Source: Candidatus Polarisedimenticolia bacterium
Lineage (GTDB): Bacteria; Acidobacteriota; Polarisedimenticolia; Gp22-AA2; AA152
Direction: 5' to 3'
Length of the DNA: 64,000 nucleotides
Assembly (NCBI GenBank): GCA_036004685.1
Contig: DASYRE010000026.1
Location: 45,772-109,771 of the forward strand
In this document: positions 60,051-64,000 of the stretch, piece by piece
Numbering within the stretch: the stretch's first letter is position 1
Layout: each line of letters opens with the position of its first letter
Position numbers and translations under genes: made by a program
The notes under the pieces: generated by a model
Seen by the model: the letters and a program-made list of their open reading frames with translations, nothing else
What the model was told of the DNA's origin: nothing
Database searches by the model: none

Positions 60051-60781
60051 GCGACGCCGACATTTCCGAATCACCCGTCTCGGAGGAGGAGGCGGATTAT
60101 TTCCGGAGCATCGAGGAGCGCTTCTGCGCGCTGCGAGGAGCTCCGATGCTCCTGTCGCCGCGCGACTGGAACCTCATCGCGGGATGGTGGGCCGAGGGGG
60201 TCCCGCTGGCGCTCGTGCTGGAATCGCTCGAAGAGGTCTTCACCGCCCGTCGGCGGCGGGACGGCGAGGCGGGACGCGTCAATTCCATCGCCTACGCGAA
60301 GCCGGAGATCCTGAGGCGCTTCCACCTGCGACGGGAGATGATCGCGCCCCGGCGCGGAGAGCAGGAGGAGATGAACCGGCTTCGCCGGGAAGTGCGCCGG
60401 CACCTGGGCCGCAGCGCGCGCCTCCTCAAGGAAGCCGCCCTGGCCCAGCGCGAGCGCGGCCGCGAGGCGCTGGCCTGCACGCTTCTCATCGCGGCCGCCG
60501 AGGCGCGGAGGCTCCGGAAGGAGAGCGGCTCCGAGGCGTGGGATCCGAGCGAATCGGAGCAAGCGCTCGAGAGGCTCGACGCCGAGGTGCTGGCTGCGGC
60601 CGAGGGCTCGATGGACGAGGCTGAGCGCTGCCGGATCGCCCGGGAGGCCGAGCAGGCGCTGGGCGCCCATCGCAGGACGATGCGACCCGAAGCCTTCCGG
60701 GAGAGCCTGGAGGCGATGCGCGGAAGGCTGATGCGGCGCGGCTTCGAGATCCCGCGACTCTCCCTGCTCGGCGAAGGGTGA
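60047..60781 (+). CDS. hypothetical protein (Arg/Glu-rich helical)
   Basis: TTG 60047 overlaps the coaX stop; an alternative ATG at ~60146 (MLLSPRDWNLIAGWW). Consistent GC3 bias. No recognisable domain. Confidence 0.45.
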   Translation: MSDADISESPVSEEEADYFRSIEERFCALRGAPMLLSPRDWNLIAGWWAEGVPLALVLESLEEVFTARRRRDGEAGRVNSIAYAKPEILRRFHLRREMIAPRRGEQEEMNRLRREVRRHLGRSARLLKEAALAQRERGREALACTLLIAAAEARRLRKESGSEAWDPSESEQALERLDAEVLAAAEGSMDEAERCRIAREAEQALGAHRRTMRPEAFRESLEAMRGRLMRRGFEIPRLSLLGEG

Positions 60782-61035
60782 CCTGCCGTCCGCTTGCCAC
60801 GATCCCCGCCCCATGCTAGCTTCTGGCGCGAGAGCCGATCCCGGAGGCGTTCCCCCTGGCCTCTCCTCGCCCGCTTCCGGCAAGCGTCCCGCTGGGCTCG
60901 GCCGCCGGATTCGCCACCGGCATCGGCGCCGGAAGAGCCTTCTCGCCTCCTCCGCCGGCGCTGTTCGCCGCCACCCTCGCCGCTGGCGCGTGCTGGATTC
61001 TGCTCTCCCGCAGGCGCCCGGCCTTTCCGGCTCTG

Positions 61036-63258
61036 ATGCGAGCCGGAGCCCTGGCCCTTTTCTGGCTCGGAGCCGGAGCCTGCCTCGAACGAAACGCTCA
61101 TTCCCGATTCCTCTCCTCGCCGCTGATCGCGTCTTCCGAAATCGCCGCGCGCCTCGAGCGGCGGCTCCCCGTACCGGTGCGCGGCTGGATCGCGGACGAT
61201 CCCGCGAGGCTCAGGGATCGGATCATCTTTCCGCTCCGGGTCGAGCAAGCATGGTGGGGCGGGCGATGGCGCGGCGCCCCCGGAACGATCCGGGTCGCCC
61301 TGCGCCTGCCGGGGGCCGGCTCGCCGTCCGCCCTGGGCTTCGGAGATCGCGTCGAGCTTCCCCTTCGCCTCAGGCCCGTCCGGAACTTCAGAAACCCGGG
61401 CTCCTTCGACTACGAGCGTTACCTGGAGGGGGAGGGAATCCATCGACTCGGGACGCTCAAGAGCCTCCGGCTGGTCGAGCGCCTGCCCGGGTCGGGCGGC
61501 CGATGGGTCTCGCCGATTCACCGGCTCCGAGCGCGCCTGCTGCGGCGTCTCGGGCAAGCATTTCCAGACGAGGGCCATGAAGAATCCCGCCTGTTTCTCG
61601 AAGCCATTCTTCTCGGCCAGCGGCGCGGCAGCGAGGGAGAGTTCGAGTCCCTCTTTCGCCAGACCGGCGTCTATCACATCCTTTCCATCTCCGGATTGCA
61701 TTTCGCGCTTCTGATGGGAGGGCTCGGCTGGGCGATCCGCCGGCTGCCGGGAGGCCGGTGCATCTCGCCCGCCGTCCTGGTGGGCGCGGGCGCGCTCTAC
61801 GTGGCGCTTTCGGGCGGGGAGGACCCAATCCTCCGGTCCTCTCTCGCGATACTGTTCGCGTCGTGGGGAAAGCGATGCGGCCGGCGCGTCGGAGCCGTGG
61901 ACGCTCAGTCCCACGCCGGCATCGTCCTGCTCGCCCTCCACCCGCTGCATCTGTTCGATCCGGGCTTCCAGCTCTCGTTCGTCGCGACGCTCGGCGTTCT
62001 GGCGGGCGGCCGCTTCGCGCCTCCTTGGCGGGAGAGAATCTCGAGGATTCGCGCCGCCGTGGCGGCCTCGACCGCCGCCTGGATCGCCTCCGCGCCCATC
62101 GTGGCCGCCGCGTTTTTCCAGGTCTCGCCCATCGCCTTGGCGCTCAACCTCGCCGCCGCGCCCTTCCTTTCCGGGTCGCTGTTCCTGGGAGCGGGTCTCC
62201 TGGTCCTTCCCCGGCAGGTGCTGGCCGCTCCGTGCGAAATGCTTCTCGACACCTTCTCGGCGCTCTGCCGGATGAGCCTCGCGATTCCCGGCGCGTTCCG
62301 GCGAGTTCCCGCTCCCAGCCCGCTTCTCTTGATCCTCTTCGCGGGCTCCGCGATCGCGGCTCTTCTCCCCGCTGGCGCGGCGGGCCGGATCCGCGACCGC
62401 CCCGCGGCGTTTGTCGCGGCGCTCCTCCTGGCTGCGATGCTGTTCCCTCCGGGACCCGCGATCGCGCACCGCCCTCTCGAATGCGTCGCGCTGGACGTGG
62501 GACAGGGGGACGCGCTCCTGGTGCGGCTGCCGCAAGGGAAGGACATTTTGGTGGACGCCGGCGGCTTCACCGGCACCGATTTCGACGTGGGCGACAAGAT
62601 CGTGGTGCCGGCGCTGCTGACCCTGGGAGTCAGGAGTCTCGATCTCCTGATTCTGACCCACGCCCATCAGGACCACGGCGGGGGGATCCCCGCGGTGATC
62701 GCGGCCTTCTCTCCCCGCGAGATCTGGATCGGGCGCCGGCCGCCGCATTCCCGGTTGCTGGACAGGATCGCCGATGACGCCGCGGCCAGGCGGATTCCAG
62801 TCCTGTTCCCGACGCGCGGGACGCTGAAGTGTCTGGGGGAGAGCTGCCTCGAAGTCCTTCACCCGCCCCGGGGCTTTCGTCCCGACGCCGAAGTCTCCAA
62901 TGAAGATTCCCTGGTCGTGCGCCTGTTCAACCCCGAAGCGTCGCTGCTGCTCACCGGCGACATCGAGCGGGAAGGGGAGTCGCTGCTCCTCGCCTCCCCG
63001 CCGCCTCTCGCCTCGGATCTTCTCAAGGTGGCGCACCACGGGAGCAATTCTTCGACTTCCGAGGACTTCCTGAACGCCGTCCGCCCCTCGGCGGCGGTCA
63101 TCTCGGCGGGCGAGGGGAATCTCTGGGATCATCCGTCCCCCGAGGTCGTGGCCCGCCTGCGCCGTCACGGCATCCGACTCTTCCGGACCGATCGGGACGG
63201 CGCGATACTCTTTACCTTCGAGGCGGGAGCCTGGAAGGCGTCACGCACCGGGGAATGA
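61036..63258 (+). CDS. comEC: DNA internalization-related competence protein ComEC/Rec2
   Basis: Competence domain with multiple TM helices plus a C-terminal metallo-beta-lactamase domain (LILTHAHQDHGGG, VAHHGS). ATG 61036 is the first canonical start, but the same frame stays open from 60820 and encodes two further TM-like helices. Confidence 0.8.
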   Translation: MRAGALALFWLGAGACLERNAHSRFLSSPLIASSEIAARLERRLPVPVRGWIADDPARLRDRIIFPLRVEQAWWGGRWRGAPGTIRVALRLPGAGSPSALGFGDRVELPLRLRPVRNFRNPGSFDYERYLEGEGIHRLGTLKSLRLVERLPGSGGRWVSPIHRLRARLLRRLGQAFPDEGHEESRLFLEAILLGQRRGSEGEFESLFRQTGVYHILSISGLHFALLMGGLGWAIRRLPGGRCISPAVLVGAGALYVALSGGEDPILRSSLAILFASWGKRCGRRVGAVDAQSHAGIVLLALHPLHLFDPGFQLSFVATLGVLAGGRFAPPWRERISRIRAAVAASTAAWIASAPIVAAAFFQVSPIALALNLAAAPFLSGSLFLGAGLLVLPRQVLAAPCEMLLDTFSALCRMSLAIPGAFRRVPAPSPLLLILFAGSAIAALLPAGAAGRIRDRPAAFVAALLLAAMLFPPGPAIAHRPLECVALDVGQGDALLVRLPQGKDILVDAGGFTGTDFDVGDKIVVPALLTLGVRSLDLLILTHAHQDHGGGIPAVIAAFSPREIWIGRRPPHSRLLDRIADDAAARRIPVLFPTRGTLKCLGESCLEVLHPPRGFRPDAEVSNEDSLVVRLFNPEASLLLTGDIEREGESLLLASPPPLASDLLKVAHHGSNSSTSEDFLNAVRPSAAVISAGEGNLWDHPSPEVVARLRRHGIRLFRTDRDGAILFTFEAGAWKASRTGE

Positions 63259-63264
63259 GCGGAA

Positions 63265-64000
63265 TCAGGAGCCGATCTGGATCGGCACCGGCATGAACGA
63301 AAGCAGAAAAATGAGCAGCGCCACGATCGCCAGAACCTTCCTGCCGCCCGTCAGATTCTCGCGCTCGTCGAGCAGCGGGGGGTGCCGGTCGCCGAGCAGC
63401 AGCAGAATGACCGCCCAGACGACCCAGGCCTGGTGCAGCGCCCCCAGAAGGATGACGCCGATCAGCGTTACGCGGGAGGCGCGGGAGTGGAGACGGCGGG
63501 AGAGAGCGTAGCAAATGTGCCCGCCGTCGAGCTGCCCCGCGGGAAGCAGGTTCAGCGAGGTCGCGAGCATGCCGACCCAGGCCGCCGAGAGATACGGGCT
63601 CAGGCTCAGCACGGAGCCGTCCGGAATCCGGGAAAAGAAGAAGGGCACCGCGAGCTCGAAAAGCGCCGGAAACCCCAGGCTGAGCTCGCCGTTCCCCGAG
63701 GCTGACGCGGCGACGACGTGGGAGCGGCTCATGCCGTATAGGAAAATCGGCAGAGCCACCACGAAGCCGGCCAGAGGGCCCGCCACGCCGATGTCGAACA
63801 AGGCTTTCCGATCGGTGATCCGATCGCGGATTCGAATGAAGGCGCCGAAAGTCCCGAGGATCGGAATTCCGGGAATGAAGTAGGGAAGGCTCGCGTCGAT
63901 GCGGTAGTGGCGACAGGCAAGGTAGTGGCCCATCTCGTGGGCCAGCAGGATCGCCAGAGCCGAGAAGCAGTAGGAGGCCCCGAGTGACAGAAGAGAAGGA
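63265..64000 (-). CDS. site-2 protease family (M50) membrane metalloprotease, 5'-truncated by window end
   Basis: HEMGH zinc motif at the window edge (..LLAHEMGHYLA), polytopic TM pattern, LDGG motif. The reading frame continues past position 64000. Confidence 0.7.
   Translation of the reverse strand, partial: PSLLSLGASYCFSALAILLAHEMGHYLACRHYRIDASLPYFIPGIPILGTFGAFIRIRDRITDRKALFDIGVAGPLAGFVVALPIFLYGMSRSHVVAASASGNGELSLGFPALFELAVPFFFSRIPDGSVLSLSPYLSAAWVGMLATSLNLLPAGQLDGGHICYALSRRLHSRASRVTLIGVILLGALHQAWVVWAVILLLLGDRHPPLLDERENLTGGRKVLAIVALLIFLLSFMPVPIQIGS

Noticed and set aside
60292-63168. 958-aa minus-strand ORF
   Set aside because: Antisense to comEC and the preceding hypothetical gene.

Overview
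High-GC (~68-70%) bacterial chromosomal segment. Gene content and synteny suggest an Acidobacteria-like or Deltaproteobacteria-like organism, but this is inference. The long antisense and alternate-frame ORFs in the six-frame track (for example 2334..4475-, 10999..12900+, 15609..17723+, 24366..26996-, 35574..37634-, 53646..57530-, 60292..63168-) are GC-driven artefacts and are not annotated. The window is mostly housekeeping. It contains a regulatory PTS module (hprK-rapZ-EIIA(Man)-ptsH-ptsI), ihfA-merR, three tRNAs (Pro-GGG, Pro-CGG, Arg-CCU), surE-pcm, a Rieske oxygenase plus an amidohydrolase, and a minus-strand operon of a molybdopterin oxidoreductase, a GcvT-like aminomethyltransferase and two CrtI-family flavoproteins. 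Further along are acyP-apt, ssb, murJ-dtd-xerD, accA, a 1197-aa secreted Kelch/MopE-repeat protein, mazG, a dnaK-hsp20-dnaJ-hspR heat-shock operon with a textbook sigma70 promoter overlapping a HAIR-like operator, and a group-2-like sigma factor with a DnaC-like ATPase. The rest comprises thiolase-hbd-crt, lptC/A-lptB-rpoN-hpf, two acyl-CoA dehydrogenases with a split B12 mutase carrying isobutyryl-CoA-mutase signature residues, a receiver protein, valS-nadC-birA-coaX, comEC and a partial M50 protease. The most interesting locus is a minus-strand operon at 20088..22148: a TlpA-like thioredoxin, an outer-membrane beta-barrel, and a periplasmic HMA-domain protein. In the HMA protein both cysteines of the GMTCxxC metal-binding motif are replaced by in-frame TGA codons. 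This fits a UxxU selenoprotein, with a candidate SECIS-like hairpin just downstream and an OB-fold C-terminal domain. No CRISPR arrays, rRNA or clear mobile elements were seen.
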